Assembly (NCBI GenBank): GCA_963731515.1
Contig: CAVSVU010000014.1
Location: forward strand, 547,941 to 611,940
Direction of reading: 5' to 3'
Length of the DNA: 64,000 bases
From: an uncultured Actinomycetes bacterium
Lineage (GTDB): Bacteria; Actinomycetota; Thermoleophilia; Gaiellales; JAICJC01
The translations under genes and the position numbers were made by a program. Under the pieces are notes generated by a model. It saw only the letters and a program-made list of their open reading frames with translations. It ran no database searches and was not told the origin of the DNA. Shown one piece after another: positions 20,297 through 29,893 of the stretch (positions are counted from its first letter, which is position 1; each line of letters opens with the position of its first letter).

Positions 20297-21277
20297 TCAG
20301 TACGCGGCGAGGTCGCGGGCCGCGGCGAGGATGTCCTCCTCGGTCGGCAGGTACTCGCGCTCGAGCACGGGCGTGAAGGGGATCGGCGTGTCGAGGCCGG
20401 CCACCCGCGTGACGGGCGCGTCCAGATACTCGAACGCCTGCTGCGCGACGAGCGCGGCCACCTCGGCCCCGAAGCCGCCGGTGAGGTTGTCCTCGTGCAC
20501 GATCAGCGCCTTGCCCGTCTTGCGCACCGACCCGAGCACCGTCTCGATGTCGAGCGGGATGAGCGTGCGCAGGTCGATCACCTCGACGGACACGTCCTCG
20601 GCGGCGAGCGTCTCGGCCACCGCCAGCGAGAGCTGCACGGTGGCGGCGTAGGTGATGATCGAGAGGTCGGCCCCGGGCCGGGCGACACGAGCCTCGCCGA
20701 TCGTCGCCAACCCGGCGTCGACGCCCGTCGCCACCTCGGCCTTCTCGCGCCGGTAGAGGAACTTGTGCTCGCAGAAGACGACCGGGTTGGGATCCTGAAT
20801 CGCCGCCCGCAGCAGGCCGTAGGCGTCGGCGGCCGTGGCCGGGCAGACGATCTTCAGGCCGGCGTGGTGGTGGAACCAGGCCTCGACGTTCTCCGAGTGG
20901 TACGGGCCGCCGCCGACGCCGCCGCCGTTGGGGCAGCGGACGACCATCGGCACCGCCCAGCCGATGCGGTAGTGCATCTTGGCGGCGCAGGTGATGAGCT
21001 GGTCGAACGCGATCGAGACGAAGTCGCCGAACTGCATCTCGGCCACCGGCCGCTGGCCCGCCATCGCCGCTCCCACCGCGACGCCGGTGATCCCGGCCTC
21101 GGCCACGGGCGTGTCGATCGAGCGCATGACGCCGTACTTCTGCTGCAGGCCCTTGGTGGCGCCGAAGGCGCCGCCCTGGCGGCCGACGTCCTCACCCAGG
21201 CAGAAGACCCGCGGGTCGGCCTCCATCTCGTCGTGGAGGGCGGCGTTGATCGCCTCGAGGTAGGTCAGCTCCGGCAT
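20297..21277 (-). CDS. 2-oxoacid (pyruvate/acetoin/branched-chain) dehydrogenase E1 component, beta subunit
   Basis: 326 aa. MPELTYLEAINAALHDEM...FCLGEDVG...RSIDTPVAEAGITGVAVGAAMAG is typical of the transketolase-like E1 beta. Confidence 0.9.
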   Translation of the reverse strand: MPELTYLEAINAALHDEMEADPRVFCLGEDVGRQGGAFGATKGLQQKYGVMRSIDTPVAEAGITGVAVGAAMAGQRPVAEMQFGDFVSIAFDQLITCAAKMHYRIGWAVPMVVRCPNGGGVGGGPYHSENVEAWFHHHAGLKIVCPATAADAYGLLRAAIQDPNPVVFCEHKFLYRREKAEVATGVDAGLATIGEARVARPGADLSIITYAATVQLSLAVAETLAAEDVSVEVIDLRTLIPLDIETVLGSVRKTGKALIVHEDNLTGGFGAEVAALVAQQAFEYLDAPVTRVAGLDTPIPFTPVLEREYLPTEEDILAAARDLAAY

Positions 21278-21280
21278 CGG

Positions 21281-22312
21281 CTACGGCGCCTCGTCCGCGA
21301 AGACGCCCACGTGGGCCTCGGACGCGTCCGGATAGCCGTCGTGCTCGGCCTGCTCGACCGCCTCGCGCACCTCGTCGCGGATCCGGTCGCGGACGGTCTC
21401 GAGCTTGCCCTCGGGCACCGCACGCTCCTCGACCAGGACGTTCTCGAGCCGCTTGATCGGATCCTTGTCCGACCACTCGGCGAGCACCTCCATGGGCATG
21501 TAGCTCTCGTACTTGTCGTGCGCCGCGTGCCCGCCCATGCGGTACGTCCGGCACTCGATGAACTGCGGCCCCTGGCCCGCGCGGGCGGCCTCGACGGCGG
21601 CGCTCACCGCGCCGTGCACGGCGAATGCATCGTTGCCGTCCACCGACACGGCCGGGATGCCGTAGGAGGCGGCCTTGCGGTAGAGCTCGGTCACCTTGGT
21701 CTGCTTCGAGATCGGCGTCGAATAGCCCCAGCCGTTGTTCTCGGCGACGAAGACCGCCGGCGCCTCGAGCACGGCCGCGATGTTCAGGCCCTCGTGGAAA
21801 TCTCCGCGCGAGGTGGCGGCGTCGCCGAAGCTCGTCATCGCCACGCGCTCCTCGCCGCGCTGCTTGTACGCCAGGGCCGCGCCCACCGTGAGCGGGATCA
21901 TGTCGGCCATGTGGGACACCTGGCAGGGGATGTTCCACTCCCGCCCGCCGATGTGCAGGTTCCCGTCCTTGCCGCGCGTCGTCGACCCGGCCTTGCCCAT
22001 GAACTGGGCGAAGATCCGCCACGGCGGCACGCCGTGCACGAGGTAGGAGCCGAGGTCGCGGATCCACGGCGAGAGCCAGTCGCCGGACTCCCCCCGCCGC
22101 AGCGGCAGGGCGATGCCGACCGCGATCGCCTCCTGGCCGCGCCCGGTGTAGTAGCTCCCGGGCAGCTTGCCCTGGCGGTAGAGGTTCAGCGCCCGCTCCT
22201 CGACCGCCCGCGTGAGGGACATCCAGTAGTAGAGCTCGATCGCGGACTCGTCGGAGACCCGGTCGGGCTGGGGCGCCGGCACGGACGAGATCTTGCGCGC
22301 GGGGGATGTCAC
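21281..22312 (-). CDS. 2-oxoacid dehydrogenase E1 component, alpha subunit (TPP-dependent)
   Basis: 343 aa. TPP-binding GDAATSRGDFHEGLNIAAV...VFVAENNGWGYSTP motif. TYRMGGHAAHD. Confidence 0.9.
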   Translation of the reverse strand: MTSPARKISSVPAPQPDRVSDESAIELYYWMSLTRAVEERALNLYRQGKLPGSYYTGRGQEAIAVGIALPLRRGESGDWLSPWIRDLGSYLVHGVPPWRIFAQFMGKAGSTTRGKDGNLHIGGREWNIPCQVSHMADMIPLTVGAALAYKQRGEERVAMTSFGDAATSRGDFHEGLNIAAVLEAPAVFVAENNGWGYSTPISKQTKVTELYRKAASYGIPAVSVDGNDAFAVHGAVSAAVEAARAGQGPQFIECRTYRMGGHAAHDKYESYMPMEVLAEWSDKDPIKRLENVLVEERAVPEGKLETVRDRIRDEVREAVEQAEHDGYPDASEAHVGVFADEAP

Positions 22313-22456
22313 GGACGCTCTATCGGCAGTTCGGTCGGTTCGGGGAGGGGCCCGAGCACGGGGAGTCTAGTAGCCACCACCCGAGACCTACGTCACACGT
22401 TTGGGGGAACCGGGCAAGGCCGTATTCACCGGCGGCCGCCCGTCCCCTTCCGTCGC

Positions 22457-23729
22457 TCACTCCCCGGCCGCCGCGGCTCCTGCCACGTTCGCCGACGCCG
22501 GCACGAGCCGCTCGCACAGCACCGCGGCGGGCCACGCCAGCGCGCACGCCGCCGCCAGCCCGAGCAGGAGCGCGCCGCCCGCGCCCGCGCCCAGGGCGAC
22601 GCCCGCGATCGCCGGCCCGACCATCGGCCCGACCTGCCAGGACGTGCTGTAGACGGCGACGTAGCGGCCGCGCACGTCGTCGGCGGCGACGTCGTTCACG
22701 ATCGCCGGCAGGCTCGGCGAGAGGAACGTCTCCCCGAGCCCGAACACGGCCGCCGCCACCACGAGCGCCACGGTCGCAGCCGCCGGCGACGACGCGTGCC
22801 CGGCGCCGAGCACGATCACCCAGCACAGCGCGAAGAGCACGCCCGTCACCGCGACGGCCCGCGTCCTCCGGCGGGTGCGCACGTAGGCGAGCACGGGCAG
22901 CTGGGCGATGGCGATCGCCCACGTGTTGGCGGCGAACGCGAAGCCGACGACGCTCTTGGAGACGCCCGACCGGGCCGGTCGCCCACGCCGGGAAGGCGGA
23001 GGTCATCTGGGCGTATCCGGCGGTGACGAGCAGCAGGTTGAGCCCGGTGGCGGCGAGCAGGGCGGGGTCGCGGATCACCACCGCGTACCCGGTGCGCGAC
23101 TCGGGCTCGACGCGCGCCGCGCCGGCCGGCCGGCGGAGCTCCCCCAGCCACCACAGCCAGACGGCGAAGATCGCGTAGGTGAGGGCGTCGGTGACGAAGA
23201 GCGGCCCGAAGGCGTCGGGCGCGACGGCGAGCACGATGCCCGCGACCGTGCTGCCGAGCCCCAGCCCGAGGTTGATGAGGCCGTAGTTCGTCGCCAGCAC
23301 GTCGCCGCGCAGGCCGGGCGCGACCGCGTTCACGAGCAACGGGATGATCGCGACCCACGTCCCGGCGAAGCCGGCGCCCTGCGCGAGCGACGCGACGACG
23401 GCGGAGGCGAGGCCGTGGACGGCCAGGTAGCCCAGCGTCCCCGCCCCCGCGACCAGGAGGAACGCGACCGCCGTCCAGCCGGCCCCCCAGCGGTCGACGA
23501 GCGGCCCCGCCGCGACCGTGCCCGCCAGACCGCCGGCGCCGACCGCCGCGAGCGCCAGCCCGGCGGACGCCAGACCGAGCCCGCGCGACTCGTGCAGGTA
23601 GACGATCACGAGCGGCAGCGTCATGCCCGTGCCGACCTCGAATACGACCACCCCTGCCAGCAGCCGCCAGGCGCGCCCCCCGAGCGGCGGGACGAGCCGC
23701 CCCCCGAGCCGGCTCATCCGGTCTCGCAT
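22457..23729 (-). pseudogene. MFS transporter, interrupted by one frameshift
   Basis: The first roughly 255 codons (6 TM) are in the frame of ORF 22320-23729. The second half (VSKSVVGFAFAANTW...LAYVRTRRRT...) is in the frame of ORF 22457-22894. There is an extra G in GTCGGGCGTC (plus-strand CCC at 22965-22967). Confidence 0.75.
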
Positions 23730-23776
23730 GAACGCCAGTCTAAAGGGCCGGCCCAGGATGCCGATGACTGCCGCGA

Positions 23777-26212
23777 ATGGCCCTTCGCACGTCCTCCATC
23801 GCCCCGTCCCAGACGGCGCCGGCCGCCCCCGCAGACTGGCGCGGCCGGGTCGATCTCGCGGTCAGCGTGGCCGCCGCGCGGCTCACCGCCGCCGATCTCG
23901 ACGGCCTCGCCGCGGTCTTCGCCGACGTGGCCACGTGGGAGGACGACCAGCGCGCCTACCAGGCCCGCTGCCGCCTGGCGGAGCTCATCCTCGCCTACCG
24001 GCCCGACGACGTCGACGCCTGGGTGCGCGCGTTCGTCGCGGGTGCGGCCCACCTGCTCGAGGCCCTCGAGCGGGAGCCGCGCGAGCCGGTGCTCCTGAAC
24101 CACCTGGGCGTGCTCCTCTACGAGCTGTGCGAGGCCGGCGCCGCCGCCGACCTCTTCCGGGCCGCCTCGCGGCTCGACCCCGATCTGCCCCACGTCCGCA
24201 CGAACCTCGAGCAGGCCCGCCTGCGCGCCCGCGCGGGCGCCCGCCTGCCCGGCGTCGGCGCGACCCGCACCCGGCTGCTGGCCGAGCGCGCCCGCCGCCT
24301 GGCCGGCCGCGCCAGGCCCGTGAAGAAGCTGACGCTGTCCCTGTGCATGATCGTGAAGGACGAGGAGGAGATGCTCCCCGGCTGCCTCGAGCCGCTCGCG
24401 GGCATCGTGGACGAGATGATCGTCGTCGACACCGGCTCGACCGACCGCACGGTCGAGATCGCCGAGTCGTTCGGCGCGAAGGTCGTGCACTTCCCCTGGA
24501 ACGGCTCCTTCGCCGACGCCCGCAACGCCTCGATCGAGGCCGCGAGCGGCGACTGGCTGATCTACCTCGACGCCGACGAGCACATGGAGGCGCAGGACGC
24601 CCGCCACCTGCGCGCCCTCCTCGGCCGCACCTGGCGCGAGGGCTTCTACCTCGTCGAGACCAACTACACCGGCGGCTCGGACGCCGGCTCGGCCGTCACG
24701 CACATGGCGCTGCGGGTGTGGCGCAACCGGCCCCAGTACCGGTTCGCGGGGCGCATCCACGAGCAGAAGACGCACACGATGCCGACCTACCTGCCGGAGC
24801 GCTTCGAGACGACCCGGATCCGGGTCCGCCACTACGGCTACCTGAACCAGCGCATCGTCTCCAAGGACAAGTCGCGCCGCAACATCCAGCTGCTCGAGCA
24901 GGAGGCCCAGGAGTCGCGGACGCCCTTCACCGACTACAACCTCGGCTCCGAGTACCTCGTGCTCGCCGACCATGGCGCCGCCCGCCTGCACCTCGACCGA
25001 GCCTGGGACGCGCTGCGCGAGCAGGGCCTCGAGTCGGTCGGCTACGCGCCGCTGCTCGTGTCGCGCGCCGCCCGCGCCCGCCGCGAGGTGGGCGACTTCG
25101 ACGCCGCGATGGCCGCCGTCGACGAGGGCCTCGCCCGCTTCCCCGACCACACCGACCTCGTGCTCGAGGCCGCGCTCAGCGCCCGCAGCCGCGGCGACCT
25201 GCGCCACGCCGCCGAGCTCGCCGAGCGCTGCCTGGAGATGGGCGACGCGCCCGCCGAGTACGCCAGCACCACCGGCGCCGGCACGTTCCTCGCGCTGACG
25301 CTGCTCGCAGAGATCCGCGCCGCCATGGGCGACAGGGCCGGCCAGGAGGCCATCCTGCGCCGCTGCCTGGCCGAGCATCCCGACTACATCGCACCCGTGC
25401 TGCCGCTGGCCGAGCGCCTGATCGCGCGCGGCGTCGACTCGGCCGAGATCGACCGGCTCGTTCCCGCCAAGGTGCCCGCCCGGCTGCTGGCCGGGAGCGC
25501 CTACCTCGAGGGCAACCGCCCGGCCGACGCGGAGCGCTGGTTCCGCGGCGCGCTCGAGGTGCAGCCGTCCAACCCCGCCGCCCGCATGGGCCTGTCCGAG
25601 TCGCTGCTGGCGCAGCGCCGCTACGCCGAGGCGGCCGAGGTCGCCGCCGGCGAGCCGGCCGACTCGCCCCTCGCGGGGCGGGCCGCCGAGGCCGTCGTCT
25701 TCGCGGCCGCGGTCCTGGGCCGCAGCGACGAGATGGACGCCGCCGTCGAGCGCGCCCTCCCGAGCCTCCTCGACGCGGACGCCGACCTCTACCGCGCCTG
25801 GGCCACCGCCATCCGCGGCGGCGAGCCGCCGGCCGCGCTCGGCACCGCCGCCGGGCCGACCGCGATGCGCATGCTCGAGGCGCTCCTGCGCGTCACCGAG
25901 ACGCAGGCCTTCACCACCTTGCTGGCCGTGTTCGCGCGGGTGCAGCTCCCCGAGCGGCAGCGGCGCGAGCTCCTGGCCACGATGTACCTGCGGCGCGGCT
26001 TCCTCGAGTCCGCCGCCGACGAGTGGATCGCCGTCGCGACGACGCAGCCCGACGCCTCGGCCATGCTCGGCCTGGCCCAGGTCGCGCTCGCCCGCGGCTA
26101 CGACCAGGATGCGGTCGGCTTCGCCGCCGAGGCGGTCCGCCTCGAGCCGCAGTTCGAGGGCGCCCGGATCGCCTACAACGCTATCGTACAGAAACTAGCG
26201 CAAGTTGCCTAA
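23777..26212 (+). CDS. Large family-2 glycosyltransferase flanked by TPR-like helical repeats (candidate flagellin glycosyltransferase)
   Basis: 811 aa. GT-A core LSLCMIVKDEEEMLPGCL...VVDTGSTDRT...DWLIYLDADE (DxD). Long Ala/Leu-rich TPR-like regions on both sides. Sits directly upstream of flaG-fliD. Confidence 0.8.
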   Translation: MALRTSSIAPSQTAPAAPADWRGRVDLAVSVAAARLTAADLDGLAAVFADVATWEDDQRAYQARCRLAELILAYRPDDVDAWVRAFVAGAAHLLEALEREPREPVLLNHLGVLLYELCEAGAAADLFRAASRLDPDLPHVRTNLEQARLRARAGARLPGVGATRTRLLAERARRLAGRARPVKKLTLSLCMIVKDEEEMLPGCLEPLAGIVDEMIVVDTGSTDRTVEIAESFGAKVVHFPWNGSFADARNASIEAASGDWLIYLDADEHMEAQDARHLRALLGRTWREGFYLVETNYTGGSDAGSAVTHMALRVWRNRPQYRFAGRIHEQKTHTMPTYLPERFETTRIRVRHYGYLNQRIVSKDKSRRNIQLLEQEAQESRTPFTDYNLGSEYLVLADHGAARLHLDRAWDALREQGLESVGYAPLLVSRAARARREVGDFDAAMAAVDEGLARFPDHTDLVLEAALSARSRGDLRHAAELAERCLEMGDAPAEYASTTGAGTFLALTLLAEIRAAMGDRAGQEAILRRCLAEHPDYIAPVLPLAERLIARGVDSAEIDRLVPAKVPARLLAGSAYLEGNRPADAERWFRGALEVQPSNPAARMGLSESLLAQRRYAEAAEVAAGEPADSPLAGRAAEAVVFAAAVLGRSDEMDAAVERALPSLLDADADLYRAWATAIRGGEPPAALGTAAGPTAMRMLEALLRVTETQAFTTLLAVFARVQLPERQRRELLATMYLRRGFLESAADEWIAVATTQPDASAMLGLAQVALARGYDQDAVGFAAEAVRLEPQFEGARIAYNAIVQKLAQVA

Positions 26213-26236
26213 ACTCTATTCCAATCTCGCCGATCA
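26210..26236 (+). promoter_or_regulatory. Sigma-28 (FliA)-type promoter candidate upstream of flaG-fliD
   Basis: TAAA-N15-GCCGATCA. The -35 element overlaps the glycosyltransferase stop codon. The site lies 21-48 nt upstream of the flaG start candidates. Confidence 0.6.
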
Positions 26237-26283
26237 CGCGGTCAGCGACCCGATCCATGGACGGATCGAGAGAGACCTTCGTG

Positions 26284-26601
26284 ATGGAACACGGAACAGA
26301 CGCAATCGGCAGAGTGATCCCGCTGCGACCGAGCACGGGGACCACGTCGCGATTCTTTCGCGCCGGGCAGACGCCGGCATCGCCTCCGCCCGAGGTGCAG
26401 GCCGACCTGGCCACGGCGCAGCAGGTCATCGCCGACCTGGCCGCACGGCAGGTGAACCTGCACTTCGACGTCGACCACGACACGGGCAAGGTGCGGATCG
26501 AGATGCTCGACGGGAACGGCGAGGTCATCAAGGAGATCCCCGCGGGGCGCGTGCTGGACACGCTCTCGGGCGGGGGCCTGCTCGTCGACGAGCAGGCATG
26601 A
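26284..26601 (+). CDS. flaG: Flagellar protein FlaG
   Basis: C-terminal LHFDVDHDTGKVRIEMLDGNGEVIKEIPAGRVLD matches the FlaG family. Position upstream of fliD as in Bacillus. An alternative ATG is at 26257. Confidence 0.75.
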   Translation: MEHGTDAIGRVIPLRPSTGTTSRFFRAGQTPASPPPEVQADLATAQQVIADLAARQVNLHFDVDHDTGKVRIEMLDGNGEVIKEIPAGRVLDTLSGGGLLVDEQA

Positions 26602-26605
26602 GCGC

Positions 26606-28051
26606 ATGAGCACGCCCGCCTCCAGCTCCTCGACGACGACCAAGTCGACCAGCGCGACGCCGTTCTTCAACGTCGGCGGCATCGCGACCGGCCTCGACAC
26701 GAACTCGATCATCGACCAGCTGCTCGCGATCGACCGCCAGCCCGAGACGCTGCTCACCCAGCAGAGCACCATCGAGACCGCGCGGCAGGCGGCGCTGAAG
26801 TCGATCCAGACGTCGATGCAGTCGCTCCAGACCGCCGCCCAGGCGCTGCGCGACCCGTCCGTGTGGGCGAACTCGCAGACCGTGACGTCGGCGAACCCCA
26901 CCGCCGTCAGCGCCGTGCTGACCGGCGGCGCCGCCGCAGGCGGCTTCCAGATCGGCGTCCAGCGGCTCGCGTCCGCCGACCAGGTCACCCAGCGAACGAG
27001 CCTGGCCGCCGCGAACAGCGACGACACGCTCCACATCCAGGTGGGCGCGGGCACCACCGCGGACGTCTCGATCTCGGCCGGCGACACCCTGGCCACCATC
27101 GCCGGCAAGATCAACACCAACACGAACTCGCAGGTGTACGCGTCGGTCGTGAACAACAAGCTCGTGCTGTCCGGCCAGGTCACCGGCGCGGCGAACACGA
27201 TCTCGGTCACCAGCGACTCGACGCTCGCGTCCGACCTCGGCATGACGCAGTCGCTCGTCGCCAACGACGCGCAGTACACGATCAACGGCCAGGCGATGAC
27301 GAGCGCGACCAACACCGTCTCGAACGGCCTCGCCGGCGTGAGCCTGACGCTGAACGGCACGACCTCGAGCGACGCCACCCTGGTGGTGAGCGCGCCGGCG
27401 CCGAACACGAACACGATCACGACCGCGATCCAGGGCTTCGTCACCGCCTACAACTCGACGGTCGACCTGGTCTACGGCTACGTGAACGACCCCAAGGTCG
27501 CGAATCCGACCACCGACGCCGACCGCGAGGCGGGCATGCTCCAGGGCGACCCGCAGCTGCTCTCGATCCTCTCGAACCTGCGCTCGTCGGTGACGTCGAC
27601 CATGAGCGGCGCCGCGAGCGGCATGGGCTACCTGGGCAACATCGGCCTCTCGACCGGCGCGGCCGTCGGGTCGGGCACGATCAGCCAGGACTCGCTCGAG
27701 GGCAAGATCACGCTCGACACGACGAAGCTCCAGTCCGCCCTCGCGAGCAACTTCAGCGGCGTCAAGTCGCTGTTCACGAACGCGACCGGCAGCTTCGACT
27801 CGGAGGGCCTCTCCCAGCGGATGGACAGCATCATCAACCCGCAGGCGGGCATCACCGGCGTCCTCGCCGGCCGCATCACCTCCGAGGCGTCGCTGATCCA
27901 GTCCTACTCGCAGCAGATCGCCGACATCGAGCAGCGCGTGACGCTGCACGAGGCCAGCCTGCGGTCGCAGTTCACGGCCATGGAGGCGGCCGTCGCCCAG
28001 CTTCAGTCGAGCAGCTCCGCGCTCTCGTCGTCGGGCTCCTCGTCCGGCTGA
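26606..28051 (+). CDS. fliD: Flagellar filament cap protein FliD (HAP2)
   Basis: 481 aa. N-terminal GGIATGLDTNSIIDQLLAIDRQP and C-terminal heptad region (QIADIEQRVTLHEASLRSQFTAMEAAVAQLQS) are typical of FliD. Confidence 0.9.
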   Translation: MSTPASSSSTTTKSTSATPFFNVGGIATGLDTNSIIDQLLAIDRQPETLLTQQSTIETARQAALKSIQTSMQSLQTAAQALRDPSVWANSQTVTSANPTAVSAVLTGGAAAGGFQIGVQRLASADQVTQRTSLAAANSDDTLHIQVGAGTTADVSISAGDTLATIAGKINTNTNSQVYASVVNNKLVLSGQVTGAANTISVTSDSTLASDLGMTQSLVANDAQYTINGQAMTSATNTVSNGLAGVSLTLNGTTSSDATLVVSAPAPNTNTITTAIQGFVTAYNSTVDLVYGYVNDPKVANPTTDADREAGMLQGDPQLLSILSNLRSSVTSTMSGAASGMGYLGNIGLSTGAAVGSGTISQDSLEGKITLDTTKLQSALASNFSGVKSLFTNATGSFDSEGLSQRMDSIINPQAGITGVLAGRITSEASLIQSYSQQIADIEQRVTLHEASLRSQFTAMEAAVAQLQSSSSALSSSGSSSG

Positions 28052-28068
28052 TTCAGCCCGTTCGAGCC

Positions 28069-28096
28069 TCAAGATCCGGCGCGCTGACGCCGATTA
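28069..28096 (+). promoter_or_regulatory. Sigma-28-type promoter candidate upstream of fliS
   Basis: TCAA-N16-GCCGATTA, in the 75-84-nt fliD-fliS spacer (length depends on which fliS start is used). Confidence 0.5.
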
Positions 28097-28134
28097 TGTG
28101 GTCGCCCGAGTCCCCCCTCTGAACGGTGAGCCAT

Positions 28135-28533
28135 ATGAACCCGTACGACGCCAAGCGAGCCTACACCGAGTCGAGCATCCTGACGGCCCCGCCCGAGCGC
28201 CTCGTCGTCATGCTGTACGACGGCGCCATCCGCTTCCTCGGCCAGGCCGCCGTCGCCATGCGGGCGGACAACCAGCGCGTCTTCCTGGACCGCGTCCAGC
28301 GCGGCGAGGCGATCATCAAGGAGCTCAACCTGACGCTGAACATGCGCCAGGGCGGCGAGGTCTCGCAGCGGCTGCGGGCGATCTACCAGTTCTGCGACCT
28401 GCACCTGACCGCCGCGACGATGGAGCGCGACGCGGGCAAGATCGACGACGTCATCCGGCTGCTCTCCGAGCTGCGCGAGGCCTGGCAGCAGATCGCCGCC
28501 AACCCGCCCGCCGCGACCGCGGTCGCCGTCTAG
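28135..28533 (+). CDS. fliS: Flagellin-specific export chaperone FliS
   Basis: MNPYDAKRAYTESSILTAPPERLVVMLYDGAIRFL is the FliS N-terminal signature. GTG 28126 is an alternative start. Confidence 0.9.
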   Translation: MNPYDAKRAYTESSILTAPPERLVVMLYDGAIRFLGQAAVAMRADNQRVFLDRVQRGEAIIKELNLTLNMRQGGEVSQRLRAIYQFCDLHLTAATMERDAGKIDDVIRLLSELREAWQQIAANPPAATAVAV

Positions 28534-28535
28534 CC

Positions 28536-28862
28536 ATGTCCGATCCCGCCGTCGCCCCCTACCTGGCCCTGCTCTCGCTGACGCGCTGCGAGCGCGACCT
28601 GATCGCCTCCGGCGATTGGGAAGGCGTCGTCACGATCGGCAGCGAGCGCGCCAAGATCGTGGCCGCGCTGCCGGCGACGCCGCCCGAGGCCGCCCGCGGG
28701 ATGGTCGCCGAGGCCCTGGCCCAGATGCAGACGAACCTGGCCAACGCCGTCGCGACCCGCGACCGCACCCGCGCCACCCTCGCCCACCTGGCCGAGGGCC
28801 GGCGGGCGATGCGCGCCTACGCCGGCACCGCCCCGAGCGGCCGCATCGACACGCGGCGCTAG
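28536..28862 (+). CDS. FliT/FlgN-like putative flagellar export chaperone (assigned by position and helical character)
   Basis: 108-aa helical protein immediately after fliS (2-nt gap), in the position of Bacillus fliT. No strong motif recognised. Confidence 0.45.
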   Translation: MSDPAVAPYLALLSLTRCERDLIASGDWEGVVTIGSERAKIVAALPATPPEAARGMVAEALAQMQTNLANAVATRDRTRATLAHLAEGRRAMRAYAGTAPSGRIDTRR

Positions 28863-28873
28863 CCGGCCTGCGT

Positions 28874-28999
28874 GGGGACAGTCCCCGATTTCTCGGGGTC
28901 AGACCCCGAACGCAAGTGCACAGAAGGGTCACGGCCGACGTTCGGGGTCAGACCCCGCTTGGGGTGTGGGGACAGTCCCCGCGTGCGGGGACTGTCCCC
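28874..28999. repeat. Composite palindromic repeat element (REP/MITE-like), copy 1
   Basis: GGGGACAGTCCCC at 28874-28886. A 62-bp hairpin element at 28895-28956 is bounded by GGGGTCAGACCCC units with GAACG/CGTTC flanks. GGGGACAGTCCCC-GCGTGC-GGGGACTGTCCCC hairpin at 28968-28999. Confidence 0.85.
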
Positions 29000-29020
29000 G
29001 GGTTTCTCGTGGGACGTCGC

Positions 29021-29047
29021 TCAAGTCGCAGGCACGCGCGCCGATGA
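29021..29047 (+). promoter_or_regulatory. Sigma-28-type promoter candidate upstream of flgB (main fla/che operon)
   Basis: TCAAGTCG-N11-GCCGATGA (TCAA-N15-GCCGATGA). It shares the extended TCAAGTCG -35 element with the flhA site. Confidence 0.55.
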
Positions 29048-29120
29048 CCAGGCAGCCCGCACGGATCGCGGGCGACCGTATGCCCAAGGATGGGTCTCTC
29101 AAGGCGAAGGGGACCGTTAG

Positions 29121-29486
29121 GTGGACCTGTTCGACACCTCCATCGTGGGCATCGAGAAGGCAATGCAGGGCTCCCTGCTGCGACAGCAGGTGCTGGCCTC
29201 CAACATCGCCAACGCCAACACGCCCGGCTACCAGCGCTCCGACGTCGACTTCCAGTCGGCGCTCGCGCAGGCGTTCGCCGGCTCGCCGACCACCGGCCAG
29301 CTGGATCAGATGACGTTCTCGCCGCAGGTCGCCTCCACCGGGGCGATGCAGGTCGACGGCAACACCGTCGACATCAACACCGAGAACGCCGACCTCTCCG
29401 AGAACACCCTCGACTACCAGGCGCTCGAGTCCGTCATGGGCACCCGCATGTCGATCCTGAAGACCGCGATCGGGAGCACATCGTAA
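29121..29486 (+). CDS. flgB: Flagellar proximal rod protein FlgB
   Basis: GTG start. LLRQQVLASNIANANTPGYQRSDVDF is the rod-protein N-terminal signature. 121 aa. Confidence 0.9.
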   Translation: MDLFDTSIVGIEKAMQGSLLRQQVLASNIANANTPGYQRSDVDFQSALAQAFAGSPTTGQLDQMTFSPQVASTGAMQVDGNTVDINTENADLSENTLDYQALESVMGTRMSILKTAIGSTS

Positions 29487-29893
29487 TGGGAATGTTCGAC
29501 TCACTCAACGTCTCGGCGTCCGGGATGACCGCCACCCAGACGTGGATGGACGTCATCTCCTCGAACCTCGCGAACGCCGACAGCACCAAGGCCGCCAACG
29601 GCCAGCCGTACCGGCGCAAGGAGATCGAGCTGTCCGCGGCCTCGCCCAGCTTCGGCGAGGTGCTCGGCGGCGTCCAGGTCGACGGCATCGTCGACGACCC
29701 GACCCCGCTGCGCCAGGTCTACGACCCGGGCAACCCCGAGGCCAACAAGCAGGGCTACGTCACCATGCCGAACGTGAACCCGGTCACCGAGATGGTCGAC
29801 CTGATCTCGGCCAGCCGCGGCTACGAGTCCAACGTGACCGCGATGAACGCCGCCAAGCAGATGTTCTCCAAGACCTTCGACGTCCTCCGCTGA
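29486..29893 (+). CDS. flgC: Flagellar proximal rod protein FlgC
   Basis: The ATG overlaps the flgB stop (TAATG). SGMTATQTWMDVISSNLANADST... and C-terminal VNPVTEMVDLISASRGYESNV are typical of FlgC. Confidence 0.9.
   Translation: MGMFDSLNVSASGMTATQTWMDVISSNLANADSTKAANGQPYRRKEIELSAASPSFGEVLGGVQVDGIVDDPTPLRQVYDPGNPEANKQGYVTMPNVNPVTEMVDLISASRGYESNVTAMNAAKQMFSKTFDVLR

Noticed and set aside
22313-22456. The 144-nt leader upstream of the TPP-dependent E1 alpha gene, checked for a TPP riboswitch.
   Set aside because: I could not find the conserved CUGAGA / ACCUGA-type thi-box elements on the coding (minus) strand. The composition is ordinary intergenic.
28874-28999. Whether the clustered short palindromes (also at 49814-49998 and 17737-17891) could be a CRISPR array.
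   Set aside because: There is no regular repeat-spacer periodicity. The units are 13-bp palindromes of three different sequences in mixed orientation, only 2-5 per site. No cas genes are in the window. A REP/MITE-like interpretation fits better.
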